Below the pieces are notes generated by a model. The model had not been told where the DNA came from. It did no database searches and saw only the letters and a list, made by a program, of their open reading frames with translations. From Acidimicrobiia bacterium (GTDB lineage Bacteria > Actinomycetota > Acidimicrobiia > Spongiisociales > ZC4RG35), in contig CBDBCY010000004.1 of the NCBI GenBank assembly GCA_965203555.1, forward strand, positions 992,001-1,056,000: a stretch of 64,000 bases of DNA, in the 5' to 3' direction. Shown here one piece after another: positions 46,314-56,196 of the stretch. Position 1 is the stretch's first letter; each line of letters opens with the position of its first letter. The position numbers and the translations under genes were made by a program.

Positions 46314-48236
46314 CTATCCGCTTTCGGCGGATGGCGGCTGGAATCGGGCCGCCCATCCCTGGGTGACGCGATCAAGAATCATGGCGAGGATCACGATGGA
46401 GGCGCCGGCCTCGAATCCCAGTCCGGTGTCGCTGCGAGCCAGACCCTTCACCGCCTCCAAACCCAAACCCGCTCCTCCCACCAGCCCGGCTATGACCACC
46501 ATGGCCAGCACCAACATCACCGTCTGGTTGATACCGGCCAGGACGGTGGGCATGGCCAGCGGCAACTGTATCTTCCACAGCTTCTGTCGCCGGGTCACCC
46601 CGAAGGACACGGAGGCTTCGACTACCTCCTTCTCCACGCTGCGAATGCCCAGGTTGGTGAGCCGCACGACCGGAGGCAGGGCGTAGAGAACCGAGGCTAT
46701 GATCCCGGGAATCCTGCCGACGTTGAAAAGGATCACCACCGGAACCAGAAAGCAAAAGCTGGGGATGGTCTGCAACGTGTCCAGGGCCGGTCGCAGCGCT
46801 TTCTCCAGCCAGTCCCGACGGGAGGCCGCCACGCCCAGCGGAAGCCCGATCACAATGGCCATCAGCACCGCCACCACCGTCTGCGACAAGGTGTCCATCG
46901 TCAAAGTCCACATACCCAGAAAACCGATGACGAGAGTCCCGAGCACCGAACCCACCACCAGTCGCCTGCCCGACGCCCACCAGGCCACGAACCCGAAGAA
47001 GAGCACAATCACCGGCCAGGCCTCCGAACTCAGGTACAGACGCAATGGACGGGTGCCGTAGGTGGTGAGAAAGTCGCTGAAGGGACCGGTGCCCAGGGGA
47101 AGATTGCCCAACTGGTAGAGGTTGTCCCGCGCCCAATCCACCATCCAATCGATCGGAGCGGCGTAACTGAACTGCATGCCGGCGGGAGCATCGTTCCATC
47201 CCGCCACCCAACCGAGCAGCGCCGCCGCTCCCAGCCCTGCTCCCACCATCCATGCGCTTCGCCTCTGCATCATCACGGAAAACCCCGCCGAACCCTGTCG
47301 ACCCCGCCCTATCAGCGAATGGGAGAACCGGTCCAACATCACCGCCATCAAAACGATGGCCATACCCGCCTCCACCGCCCTTCCCACTTCCTGGTGGCGA
47401 AGGGCCAGCAGCACTTCCTGGCCCAATCCCCCTGCGCCGATCATGGCGGCGATCACCACGATGCTGAGCGCCATCATGATGGTCTGGTTTATCCCTGCGA
47501 GGATGGAGGGCACGGCCTGCGGCAACTGGACCTTTCTGAGCAACTGTCCCGAGGTCGTACCGAACATTCTTCCGGCTTCCAGGCTCTCGGTGGGGACCTG
47601 GCGGATCCCCAGATTGGTCAGCCTGATGACGGGAGGCAGTGCGTAGATGACCGTTGCGATCAGAGAGGGAACCCGCGCCACGCCGAAGAAAAGCAAAACG
47701 GGAATGAGATACACAAAGGCGGGAAGGGTTTGCATGGAGTCGAGCAGCGGCCTCAGGGCCCGATTGACCCAATCGCTTCGGGCGGCAAGTATCCCGATGG
47801 GGATGCCGATCGCCACCGACAGCGCCACCGACACCGTCATCAGTGCAAAAGTCTGGACGCTCTGTTGCCACAGACCGAGCACCACGAAATAGAGCATGCC
47901 TGCTCCCGCCGCCAGCCCTCGGGACGTCCCCATCCTGGTGCCGAACAGGATCCCCACTCCGGCCACATGCACATACCACGGAATGCCCGACAACAGATTC
48001 TCGAAGGCGCGCAGCAGCCAGTCGATGGAGTCGGAAAGCGGATCGAAGAAGTACAGGTACAGCCCAAGATCGCGCCGATTACTTATCCACCACTGCTGTA
48101 CGTCGTTCACCGCCGGTCCGAACCCGACGTCCCACTCCGGCGGGAATTCCGTTATTGCGTCGGGAAGGAAAACTATCAGTCCTCCGAGCACCAGCACGGC
48201 CGACCCGAGCAGACCGACCGAACGCGGTATGTTCAT
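46314..48236 (-). CDS. proW: glycine betaine ABC transporter permease with two fused ProW domains
   Basis: Two copies of LD-x-(M/L)QT-x-P-x-F and YALPPV(I/V)RLTNLGIR...AGINQT. Confidence 0.88.
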   Translation of the reverse strand: MNIPRSVGLLGSAVLVLGGLIVFLPDAITEFPPEWDVGFGPAVNDVQQWWISNRRDLGLYLYFFDPLSDSIDWLLRAFENLLSGIPWYVHVAGVGILFGTRMGTSRGLAAGAGMLYFVVLGLWQQSVQTFALMTVSVALSVAIGIPIGILAARSDWVNRALRPLLDSMQTLPAFVYLIPVLLFFGVARVPSLIATVIYALPPVIRLTNLGIRQVPTESLEAGRMFGTTSGQLLRKVQLPQAVPSILAGINQTIMMALSIVVIAAMIGAGGLGQEVLLALRHQEVGRAVEAGMAIVLMAVMLDRFSHSLIGRGRQGSAGFSVMMQRRSAWMVGAGLGAAALLGWVAGWNDAPAGMQFSYAAPIDWMVDWARDNLYQLGNLPLGTGPFSDFLTTYGTRPLRLYLSSEAWPVIVLFFGFVAWWASGRRLVVGSVLGTLVIGFLGMWTLTMDTLSQTVVAVLMAIVIGLPLGVAASRRDWLEKALRPALDTLQTIPSFCFLVPVVILFNVGRIPGIIASVLYALPPVVRLTNLGIRSVEKEVVEASVSFGVTRRQKLWKIQLPLAMPTVLAGINQTVMLVLAMVVIAGLVGGAGLGLEAVKGLARSDTGLGFEAGASIVILAMILDRVTQGWAARFQPPSAESG

Positions 48237-48259
48237 CGACCACCGCCGGGTCAAAGACG

Positions 48260-49324
48260 TCACCGGGACCACAGATAGCGGGAGACCACCGCCGGCTCCA
48301 ACACTCCACACCAATGACCATCGGCATCTATGACCGGCACCGGCCTGCCTTCTGTCAACAGGCGAGGAAGAACGGTCTCCAATCGGGCGGAGGCCGCCAC
48401 TGCCTTCCCCTCCGGGCGAACAATCGGTGGAGGCAGGTCCGAAACCGGCGCCATCACCGCTCCCGCCGACAGCACCTTGTCACGGGGAACATCGAGGGTG
48501 AAATCCCTGACGTAGTCATCGACGGGGTGTGCGACTATTTCCTCCGGAGTCCCCACCTGGACGATGGCCCCGGATCTCATGATGGCAATGCGGTCTCCCA
48601 ACTTCAGGGCCTCGGAAAAGTCATGGGTTATGAACACCATGGTGCAATGCAGCCGCTCTTGAAGGCTCAGGAGCTCATCCTGCATGTCCCGACGGATCAA
48701 CGGATCAAGGGCAGAGAACGGTTCGTCAAAGAGAAGGATTTCAGGATCAACAGCCAGAGCCCTGGCGAGACCGACTCTCTGTTTCATTCCTCCGCTCAAC
48801 TGCTCAGGGTACTTGTCGGCCCACCCTTCGAGCCCCACCAATTCGATCATCTCCGTGGCGGTCCGGTAACGCTCTTCCTTGTCCGCCCCCCTCACCTCCA
48901 GCCCGAAAGCCACGTTGTCGACGACCCTTCGGTGAGGAAACAACCCGTAGTTCTGGAACACCATGCTGATGGTGTGACGACGGAGTTCACGCAGTTCGAC
49001 GTCGGACATCTCTCCCAGGTCTCTGCCGTCGATGAGAATCGTGCCGGCGGTCGCCTCTATCAGCCGGGAAAGACAGCGGATCAGGGTGGACTTTCCGCTG
49101 CCGGAAAGACCCATCACCACGAACACCTCTCCCCTGTTCACCTCGAAACCGGCGTCTTTGACAGCCACCACGCATCCGCTCTCCGCCAGGATCTCGGCCT
49201 GGTCCACGTTGTTCCTGGCCATCTCCATAGCGTCGTCCACCCGTTTGCCGAACACCTTCCAAACACCGGTTGCAGAGATGGGCGGGATGCGGGAACGGTC
49301 CGGATGCCTATTCGAATCGACCAT
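48260..49324 (-). CDS. proV: glycine betaine ABC transporter ATP-binding protein
   Basis: [44 protein letters not shown]. Confidence 0.93.
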   Translation of the reverse strand: MVDSNRHPDRSRIPPISATGVWKVFGKRVDDAMEMARNNVDQAEILAESGCVVAVKDAGFEVNRGEVFVVMGLSGSGKSTLIRCLSRLIEATAGTILIDGRDLGEMSDVELRELRRHTISMVFQNYGLFPHRRVVDNVAFGLEVRGADKEERYRTATEMIELVGLEGWADKYPEQLSGGMKQRVGLARALAVDPEILLFDEPFSALDPLIRRDMQDELLSLQERLHCTMVFITHDFSEALKLGDRIAIMRSGAIVQVGTPEEIVAHPVDDYVRDFTLDVPRDKVLSAGAVMAPVSDLPPPIVRPEGKAVAASARLETVLPRLLTEGRPVPVIDADGHWCGVLEPAVVSRYLWSR

Positions 49325-49596
49325 TCACGGTACCGCCTTGACGTGGGCTGACAGGTTGCCGATCGGGTCGGTTGGTGACCCGCCTCCTGGCAAAAGATAC
49401 TCGGTTCCCGAAGGTCTTGCGGGGTAGGCCCGCGATCGGTCGAACCCTCGTGGCCACCCCCGACTCGCCGCACCCCGACGGGACACCGGGAGAATCACCC
49501 GGTCGGACCGGGCGCCGGACTTCCCGTCCAGAGTGTGGACCCATCCGGCCTCCCGGTACCCTTTCCGGGAGCAACGACAGCTGTCAGCGGCCGGAC

Positions 49597-51627
49597 TCAG
49601 CCCGTCACGGTCAACAAGGCATCAACCGCCACCGTCCCGGATGCAGTCACCAACAGCGGGTTGACCTCCAGTTCCATCACGTCGCCGTCCCCCAGCGCCC
49701 CGTTCACCAGATTGCAGATCGCCGTGGCGACGTTGTGCAGGTCCGCCGGGGCCGCTCCCCGATATCCGGTCAGGAGCCGCCCCACCTTCAGCCCCTGCAA
49801 AGCTCTCTCCACCTCCCTGGGGTGAACAGGCGCCAGGAAGTGGGCCAGATCATCCACCAATTCAGCGAGAACCCCGCCGGCGCCCAGCGTCACCAGCCAC
49901 CCGACCGGCCATTGGCGACGCACGCTCACCAGGAGTTCGGCGATGATGTTCTCCACCATCTCCTCCACCAGGAAGAGGCCTTCATGGTCCTTCGACATGG
50001 CTTTGACCGCTTCCTCCAAGTCCGCAGGCGTCGCCAGCCCCAGTCGGACCCCGCCCGACTCCGTCTTGTGATCCAAGCCCAGGACCTTGACAACCAGTGG
50101 GTACCTCATCCCTCCCGCCACTGCACCCACCTCTTCAGCCGGCGCCACCCGTCCCAGGGGGACCGGCCCTCCCCAACTTTTGATCCGCGCCTTGGCCTGG
50201 ACCTCATTCAGGCCGATCACCCGGGAGGTGGGTGGAGGGACCGGGAGCGGAGAGGGAGGGGGCGTTCCATGCGCCGACTCACCCCATCTGACGGCCGCCT
50301 CCAATCCCGACAGGGCCAACTCGATCCCCCGCACGGGCGTAACCCCGCCGGCTGCCAACTCCCGGCAGAGATCGGCAGAAAGGTTTTCGGGAACCCCGGA
50401 GGCAACCAGGGCGGGACGGCCGGACCTGGCCCGGGCGGAGACCATGGCCCGGGCCGTTTTCCGGAAAGCCGAGAAGTCCCCTTCCGCCTCGGGCAGGTCC
50501 AGCACCAACATGGTGGCGTCCTGGGGGCCCGACATCACTTCGCCGAACAGTTGCTCCAGGCGACGGCGGTCATCCCATATGAAGGTGTGATAGTCCAGGG
50601 GATTGCCCACCCTGACCCGGCCCTCCAGGATCCGATCCACCCTGGCAGCCTGGTCCGGGGGGAACGGAGCGAAGTCCAGGGGACCGCCTTCCGACAAATC
50701 GGCCACATAGGAAGCCTCCCCTCCGGAACAGGACAGGGACACGATGCGGTTCCCGGGCAGGGGACCGGTCCCCACCAACACTGCCAACGTCTCGAGGAGT
50801 TCGGGGATCGTGTCGACGCTCACCACCCCCGCCCGGTCGAATAGGGCCCGGTGGGCGTCGGCCATCCCGCTCATGGAAGCGGTGTGGCTTCGAGCGATCT
50901 CCGCGCCGCGCCGGGAGCGTCCCACCAGAAGCGCCACCACCGGGATCCGCTCGGCCAGGGCGCGACGAGCCACCGGCAGAAACCGGGCCGGGTCCCTGAC
51001 CGCCTCCATAAAGAGACCGAACCCCCGGACTCTTTCATCCCGGAGTAATTCCTCCATCACGTCCTCTATACCCACGGTGGCCTGATTTCCCACCGTGACC
51101 AGGTGGGAAATGGCCAATTGCCTCCGCTGGAACGACAGGTTCAGGCCGACATTCCCGCTCTGGGAGATGAGGGCCACTCCCTCCGACACCGGTTGGCACC
51201 CCATCAAATCCGGCCACAGAGCGACTCTGTCCACCGCGTTGATCAAGCCGTGACAGTTGGGGCCCAGGATGGGCATTTCTCCCGCCGCCTCCACCAGTCG
51301 ACGCTGGTGGACCACACCGTCCTCCCCCAGTTCCGCGAACAGCGATGCGTAACAAACGGCCGAGCCCGCCCCCATCTCCGCCAAGGCGGCCACCGCCTTT
51401 ATGGTCCGCTGACGATTCACAGCCAGGAACACCGCATCCGGGACCCCGGGAAGACCCCGGAGGTCGGGGTAACAGGGAAGGCCCGCCAGGCGGCTTTGAC
51501 GCGGGTTCACCGGCCATATCTCCCCGGCAAACCCCATCTCCCTGCAGGATGCAACCAGGCGGTTCACCAGAGCCCCGCCCACCAGCGCCACCGATTCGGG
51601 CCTCAGCAGTCTCCCCAGTTCCGGCAA
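49597..51627 (-). CDS. acetate--CoA ligase family (ADP-forming) acyl-CoA synthetase, probably gamma-butyrobetaine--CoA ligase
   Basis: LLRPESVALVG, LGPNCHG, SQSG, SHTASM, SCSGG, NPLD, HKTESGGV, ELEVNPL; located in a carnitine cluster. Confidence 0.85.
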   Translation of the reverse strand: MPELGRLLRPESVALVGGALVNRLVASCREMGFAGEIWPVNPRQSRLAGLPCYPDLRGLPGVPDAVFLAVNRQRTIKAVAALAEMGAGSAVCYASLFAELGEDGVVHQRRLVEAAGEMPILGPNCHGLINAVDRVALWPDLMGCQPVSEGVALISQSGNVGLNLSFQRRQLAISHLVTVGNQATVGIEDVMEELLRDERVRGFGLFMEAVRDPARFLPVARRALAERIPVVALLVGRSRRGAEIARSHTASMSGMADAHRALFDRAGVVSVDTIPELLETLAVLVGTGPLPGNRIVSLSCSGGEASYVADLSEGGPLDFAPFPPDQAARVDRILEGRVRVGNPLDYHTFIWDDRRRLEQLFGEVMSGPQDATMLVLDLPEAEGDFSAFRKTARAMVSARARSGRPALVASGVPENLSADLCRELAAGGVTPVRGIELALSGLEAAVRWGESAHGTPPPSPLPVPPPTSRVIGLNEVQAKARIKSWGGPVPLGRVAPAEEVGAVAGGMRYPLVVKVLGLDHKTESGGVRLGLATPADLEEAVKAMSKDHEGLFLVEEMVENIIAELLVSVRRQWPVGWLVTLGAGGVLAELVDDLAHFLAPVHPREVERALQGLKVGRLLTGYRGAAPADLHNVATAICNLVNGALGDGDVMELEVNPLLVTASGTVAVDALLTVTG

Positions 51628-51631
51628 GCCG

Positions 51632-52804
51632 TCAGCCCCCCAGAGGCCGCAGAATGGAGCGGGAGATAATGTGCCGCTGTATCTCCGACGTTCCGTCCCA
51701 AATGCGTTCCACGCGGGCGTCGCGCCACAACCTCTCAAGCGGTAATTCTCCCATCAGCCCCATCCCGCCGAAGACCTGGATTGCCTCGTCGGTCACAAAG
51801 GCCAGCATTTCGGTGGCGGCCAGCTTGGCCATGGCCGCGTCCGCCGAGGCCATCTGCCCCCTATCGGCCTTCCAGGCGGCTCTCAGGGTGAGAAGTTCGG
51901 CGGCCGCCATTTGAGTGGCCATGTCCGCCAGTTTGAAGGACACCCCTTGGAAGCGCCCGATATTCTGCCCGAACTGGGTGCGGCGGGCGGCCCATCCGGC
52001 GGCCAGTTCCATGGCCCGTTCCGCTCTGCCCAGGCAGTTGGCCGCCACCGCCAGGCGGGTACCGCTAAGCCAGGTATTGGCCACCTCGAAACCTCGGTGC
52101 TCCTCCCCCAGAATCCGGGAGACCGGCACCCGGCAGTCGTCGAAGTTGAAGATCGCGTTGTTGTATCCCCGGTGGGATACGCACTGGTAACCCTCCTGCA
52201 CCTCGAAGCCCGGGGTCCCCACATCCACCAGGAAAGCGGTGATCCTCTGCGGCGCCCTCCCGCTGGCGGGGCGTGCTTCCGGGTCGGGGCCGGTCGAGGC
52301 AAAGAGGATCACGTAGTCGCAGATGTCCCCGTGGGAAATGAAGTGCTTCACTCCGTTGATCACGTATTCATCCCCGTCCCTTCTCGCCCGGCACTTCATG
52401 CCTCGCAGATCGGAACCGGCGTCCGGCTCGCTCATGGCGAGCGCCTCCATCCGCTTCCCTTCCACTGTCGGGTACAGGTAACGCTGTCGCTGGTCCCCCT
52501 GGCAGGCCAGCAGGATGTTAGAAGGCCGGGCCACCAGGTGATGGAGGGCATAGGAGGTCTTGCCCAATTCCTTCTCCACCAGGGCCATGGTCAGATTGTC
52601 GAGCCCTGCGCCCCCCACCTCCACCGGCATGTTGGCCGAGAAGATCCCCGCCGCAATCGCCTTTTGCCTGATGTCTTCGGCCATCGGAACCGGGACGTGC
52701 CCGAGCCTCTCCACCTCCTCCTCATGCGGCATGAGCTCTCGTTCGGTGAAGTCGCGGACTGTGGCGACAATCAGCGACTGTTCGTCGGTCAGTGCGAAAT
52801 CCAT
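51632..52804 (-). CDS. acyl-CoA dehydrogenase, probably gamma-butyrobetainyl-CoA dehydrogenase
   Basis: MSEPDAGSD, INGVKHFIS, RTQFGQNIGRFQGV, WRDARVERIWDGTSEIQR. Confidence 0.88.
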   Translation of the reverse strand: MDFALTDEQSLIVATVRDFTERELMPHEEEVERLGHVPVPMAEDIRQKAIAAGIFSANMPVEVGGAGLDNLTMALVEKELGKTSYALHHLVARPSNILLACQGDQRQRYLYPTVEGKRMEALAMSEPDAGSDLRGMKCRARRDGDEYVINGVKHFISHGDICDYVILFASTGPDPEARPASGRAPQRITAFLVDVGTPGFEVQEGYQCVSHRGYNNAIFNFDDCRVPVSRILGEEHRGFEVANTWLSGTRLAVAANCLGRAERAMELAAGWAARRTQFGQNIGRFQGVSFKLADMATQMAAAELLTLRAAWKADRGQMASADAAMAKLAATEMLAFVTDEAIQVFGGMGLMGELPLERLWRDARVERIWDGTSEIQRHIISRSILRPLGG

Positions 52805-52819
52805 GCGGTCTCCCTTCTC

Positions 52820-54340
52820 TCAGTTGCGCCCGCCCAGGCGCATCCGGGAACCGACCTCGGGGGGGATCGGTAGTTCCCGGTGGGCCTCGAGCACCGCATC
52901 CAAAGCTCCGGCCGGGGCTGGGAGAATGGGCGCCACAGCCCCCGCCCCGGTGTCGACATGCAGGAGCATCTGCTCGGTGGAGGAGAGCAGAGTCCCCCTG
53001 TCGTCGAACATGGTGTGGAAGAGGTGGAGGCGTTTGCCGTCCACTCCCAGCACCTGGGTCTTGAAAAGGAGTTCCTGGTGCAGCGAAGCCTCCCTTCGAT
53101 AGTGGATGTGAGTCTCCACGGTGTAGAAGGAATGACCATCTTCCCGGTACCGTTCGTCGATCCCAACGTAGCGGAACAGGGCGTCCGACGCCCATCCGAA
53201 GGCAGTCAGGTAGGCGCTCTCGGTCATGTGGTCGTTGTAGTCCACCCAATCCGGCTCCACCCGGCACCTGTACAGTTCCAGCGGGGCAGGCACCAGGTCG
53301 CCTTCTCCCCAGGTCACGGCCCGGGCCGACAGTCGCATCGCCTCGCGTTCGGCCATAAGGCGTCCCGCTCCCAGGTCGTGGGGGCGCAGCGCCCTCATCA
53401 CCGATATCAGGTACCCGTCGCGCAGCCGTTCCAACTCCGCCACGCTCCTGCCGTCCGCTTGCCGCTCCACCCCCTCCGCCACCGACTCTATGAGTTCATC
53501 GGTCAGGGGAGGCGCTTTGAGACCGGTCCACGGAAGTTCCAGGGCGGGCCCGAAGTGCTCCAGCATGTGCCGCATACCCCCCTCTCCCCCCGCCAGATGG
53601 AAGGTGAGCATGGTCCCCATGGCCGCCCACCGCAGACCGGGCCCGTAAACGATCGCCTGATCCAGCTCATCGGTGGTGGCGATCCCGTCATTGACCAACC
53701 AGAGAGCCTCCCGCCAGAGAGCCTCCTGGAGACGATCCGACAGATATCCCTCGATCTCGTTGCGCACCACCAGGGGATGCATCCCCAGGTCCCGGAAGAC
53801 CGTCTCCGCCGTCTTCACGGCCTCCGGGCTGGTCCGGCGGCCCCCGCACAGCTCTACCAGCGGCAATAGGTACACGGGGTTGAAGGGATGGGTCACCAGG
53901 TACCGCTCGGGATGGCGGAGGTCGGCCTGCAGACGGGTGGGAAGGAGCCCCGAGGAACTGGAGCATATCAAAACGTCGGAGGGAGTAACCGCGTCGATGC
54001 GGGAGGCCACCTTTTTCTTGAGACCTTCCCGCTCGGGGACCGACTCGACGATCAGATCGGCACGGGCCGTCACCTCCTCGATGTTCGGCGCGAACCGGAC
54101 CCGGTCGGGGCGGGCCCCCGGATGCAGGCCCAGCGCCATGGCCGACGGCCACACCCGCTCCACAAAAGAAGACAGTCCCGACTCCGTCTGCGGGTCCGGG
54201 TCGGTCACCACCACCTCCCAGCCCCGCGCCAGTGCCCTGACCGCCCATCCCCGTCCGATCACCCCGGCGCCCACCAGCCCCACCACCCCCACCCTGGAGC
54301 GAAACCGCTGCCCGGATCCTCCCGGCTCAGCCATCACCAC
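52820..54340 (-). CDS. lcdH: L-carnitine 3-dehydrogenase fused to betainyl-CoA thioesterase
   Basis: GAGVIGRGW, HPFNPVYLLPLVE, DRLQEALWREALW, GPGLRWA; C-terminal WVDYNDHMTE...YTVETH hotdog domain. Confidence 0.9.
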   Translation of the reverse strand: MVMAEPGGSGQRFRSRVGVVGLVGAGVIGRGWAVRALARGWEVVVTDPDPQTESGLSSFVERVWPSAMALGLHPGARPDRVRFAPNIEEVTARADLIVESVPEREGLKKKVASRIDAVTPSDVLICSSSSGLLPTRLQADLRHPERYLVTHPFNPVYLLPLVELCGGRRTSPEAVKTAETVFRDLGMHPLVVRNEIEGYLSDRLQEALWREALWLVNDGIATTDELDQAIVYGPGLRWAAMGTMLTFHLAGGEGGMRHMLEHFGPALELPWTGLKAPPLTDELIESVAEGVERQADGRSVAELERLRDGYLISVMRALRPHDLGAGRLMAEREAMRLSARAVTWGEGDLVPAPLELYRCRVEPDWVDYNDHMTESAYLTAFGWASDALFRYVGIDERYREDGHSFYTVETHIHYRREASLHQELLFKTQVLGVDGKRLHLFHTMFDDRGTLLSSTEQMLLHVDTGAGAVAPILPAPAGALDAVLEAHRELPIPPEVGSRMRLGGRN

Positions 54341-54383
54341 CGCGACGGGTCAGATGCACACGGACGTCAGGAGGACGTGACAA

Positions 54384-55322
54384 TCAGAACGCCACGTTGT
54401 GGAGGCCCTTGAGATCCAGTATCTCCCGGGCCTCATCGGAGGTGGCGGTCTCACGGGACAACTCGTTCAGGATGCGGACCATCTTGGCCACCTGTTCGGC
54501 GTTGTCGTCGGCCAGCCGTCCTTTTCGCAGATAGATACCGTCTTCCAAACCGACCCGGACATGGCCTCCCAGCACCGCGCCGGCGGTGACGATGTCGAAT
54601 TGGAACCGGCCCCCACCCAGCACCGACCACTCGATGTCGGTCCCGAACAGTCGGTCGGCAGTCTGCTTCATGGCCACCACGTTCTCGATATCCGGGCCGA
54701 TGCCTCCCAGGGTTCCCACCACGAATTGCATGAAAATGGGAGGTTTCACCAATCCCTGGTCGGCGTAATAGGCCAGCGTATAGAGATGCCCCACGTCGTA
54801 GGCCTCGAACTCGAACCGGCAGCCCGTCTCTTCGGTCAACTCGGTGAGCATGTACTCGATGTCCGAGAACCGGTTCACGAAGGGCTCATGACGGGTGGAC
54901 TCCAGATAGGGCTCTTCCCAGTCGTACTTCCACCGACCTTCGTACCGGGGAATCATCTGGAACAGCCCGTAATTCATGGTGCCCAGGTTGCAGGTGGCCA
55001 ATTCGGGCTGCAGGGCCTTGATCACCGCCAATCGCTCTTCGATGGTCTGTCCGGTGGCGCCACCCGTCGTGATGCTGATCACCGCATCGCATTTCTCCTT
55101 GATGCCCACGCAATACTCCCGGAACAATCCGACGTCGGCGCTGGGCCGACCATTGCGAGGATCCCGGGCGTGGATGTGTATCACGGCTGCGCCCCGGGCA
55201 TGGGCCTCCACCGACTGGACCACCATCTCTTCGGGGGTGACCGGTATCCCTATGTTCATGGTGGGCGTGTGGGAACTCCCCGTAACCGCGCAGGTGAGTA
55301 CCACTTTGCTGTGAACGGCCAT
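54384..55322 (-). CDS. beta-keto acid cleavage enzyme (BKACE/Kce family), probably 3-dehydrocarnitine cleavage
   Basis: TCAVTG, GAAVIHIHARDP, ITTGG, EFEAYDVGH, GGHVRVGLED. Confidence 0.9.
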   Translation of the reverse strand: MAVHSKVVLTCAVTGSSHTPTMNIGIPVTPEEMVVQSVEAHARGAAVIHIHARDPRNGRPSADVGLFREYCVGIKEKCDAVISITTGGATGQTIEERLAVIKALQPELATCNLGTMNYGLFQMIPRYEGRWKYDWEEPYLESTRHEPFVNRFSDIEYMLTELTEETGCRFEFEAYDVGHLYTLAYYADQGLVKPPIFMQFVVGTLGGIGPDIENVVAMKQTADRLFGTDIEWSVLGGGRFQFDIVTAGAVLGGHVRVGLEDGIYLRKGRLADDNAEQVAKMVRILNELSRETATSDEAREILDLKGLHNVAF

Positions 55323-55412
55323 CTCTCCTAACTCCTTACCCGATTCCCGCTTCGTAGTATATTCCAGCCAATGGTACGTGACCATGCTGCCTGATCCACC
55401 CCATACGTCACC

Positions 55413-56195
55413 ATGACCGCTCCGGTGCGAGCAGTGGCGCGAGCCTTTGCGGTTCTGCAAGTCGTGGTGGCGTCTCCCCGCAGCGCCAGCCTGGCGCAGA
55501 TCACCAAGGCCACCCGCCTTCCGAAAAGCTCGGTCTCCCGCATGCTGGTCACCCTCGAGCATCTGGAAATGGTGGAGCAAGTCGGCAAACGGGGCCGGTA
55601 TCGGGTCGGACCCGGCCTGGAAGTGCTGGCCGGAAGGGGGACCTCTCCGCAGGTCTTGAAGCAGTTGTGCCGACCCCACCTTGACAATCTTGTCTCCCGG
55701 TTCGGGGAGGACGCCGTTCTTACCGTGCCGGAGGGCAAGAAGATTCTTTACATCAGCCAGGTCGTGGCTGATCGAACCGTACATGTTCAGGACTGGACGG
55801 GCCATACCTTCCCAATCCACACCACTGCCACCGGTCAGATGTGCCTGGCAAGCTGGGGACCGGACCAACTACGCAATTACCTCAGCGAGGACCTGGTCCG
55901 GGTTACTTCTCACACCATTGTTGATCCCCGGGTCCTGCAAACCCGACTTCAGGCCGCCCGTCGCGACGGCTTTGTCTGGGCTCACGAAGAGTCCGCCGTG
56001 GACATCTCAGGGGTGGCGGCCCCGGTGATCGGCCCTCACGGCAAGGTAGTGGCCGCTCTGGGCGTCCATGGACCCACTTATCGATTCCCCGGCAAGTCGG
56101 ATGGATCGGAAATCGGGCGGCGGATACGACGGGTAGCCGACCATCTGACCTCCGAACTCGCCAGCTTCCCCTATGGGATCCGATCCCGCCCGTGA
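55413..56195 (+). CDS. IclR family transcriptional regulator divergent from the carnitine operon
   Basis: VRAVARAFAVL HTH, PIHTTATG, EESAVDISGVAAPV. Confidence 0.9.
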   Translation: MTAPVRAVARAFAVLQVVVASPRSASLAQITKATRLPKSSVSRMLVTLEHLEMVEQVGKRGRYRVGPGLEVLAGRGTSPQVLKQLCRPHLDNLVSRFGEDAVLTVPEGKKILYISQVVADRTVHVQDWTGHTFPIHTTATGQMCLASWGPDQLRNYLSEDLVRVTSHTIVDPRVLQTRLQAARRDGFVWAHEESAVDISGVAAPVIGPHGKVVAALGVHGPTYRFPGKSDGSEIGRRIRRVADHLTSELASFPYGIRSRP

Positions 56196-56196
56196 A

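Noticed and set aside
46266-48278. Long antisense or alternative-frame ORFs (e.g. 46266-48278, 22045-23877, 21797-23650, 47843-49351)
   Set aside because: Shadow ORFs expected in high-GC DNA; they overlap well-supported genes and have no motifs.
49325-49596. Possible cobalamin or SAM riboswitch upstream of proV
   Set aside because: Only a GGGAAGTCCGG fragment resembles the cobalamin consensus; the remaining conserved boxes were not found.
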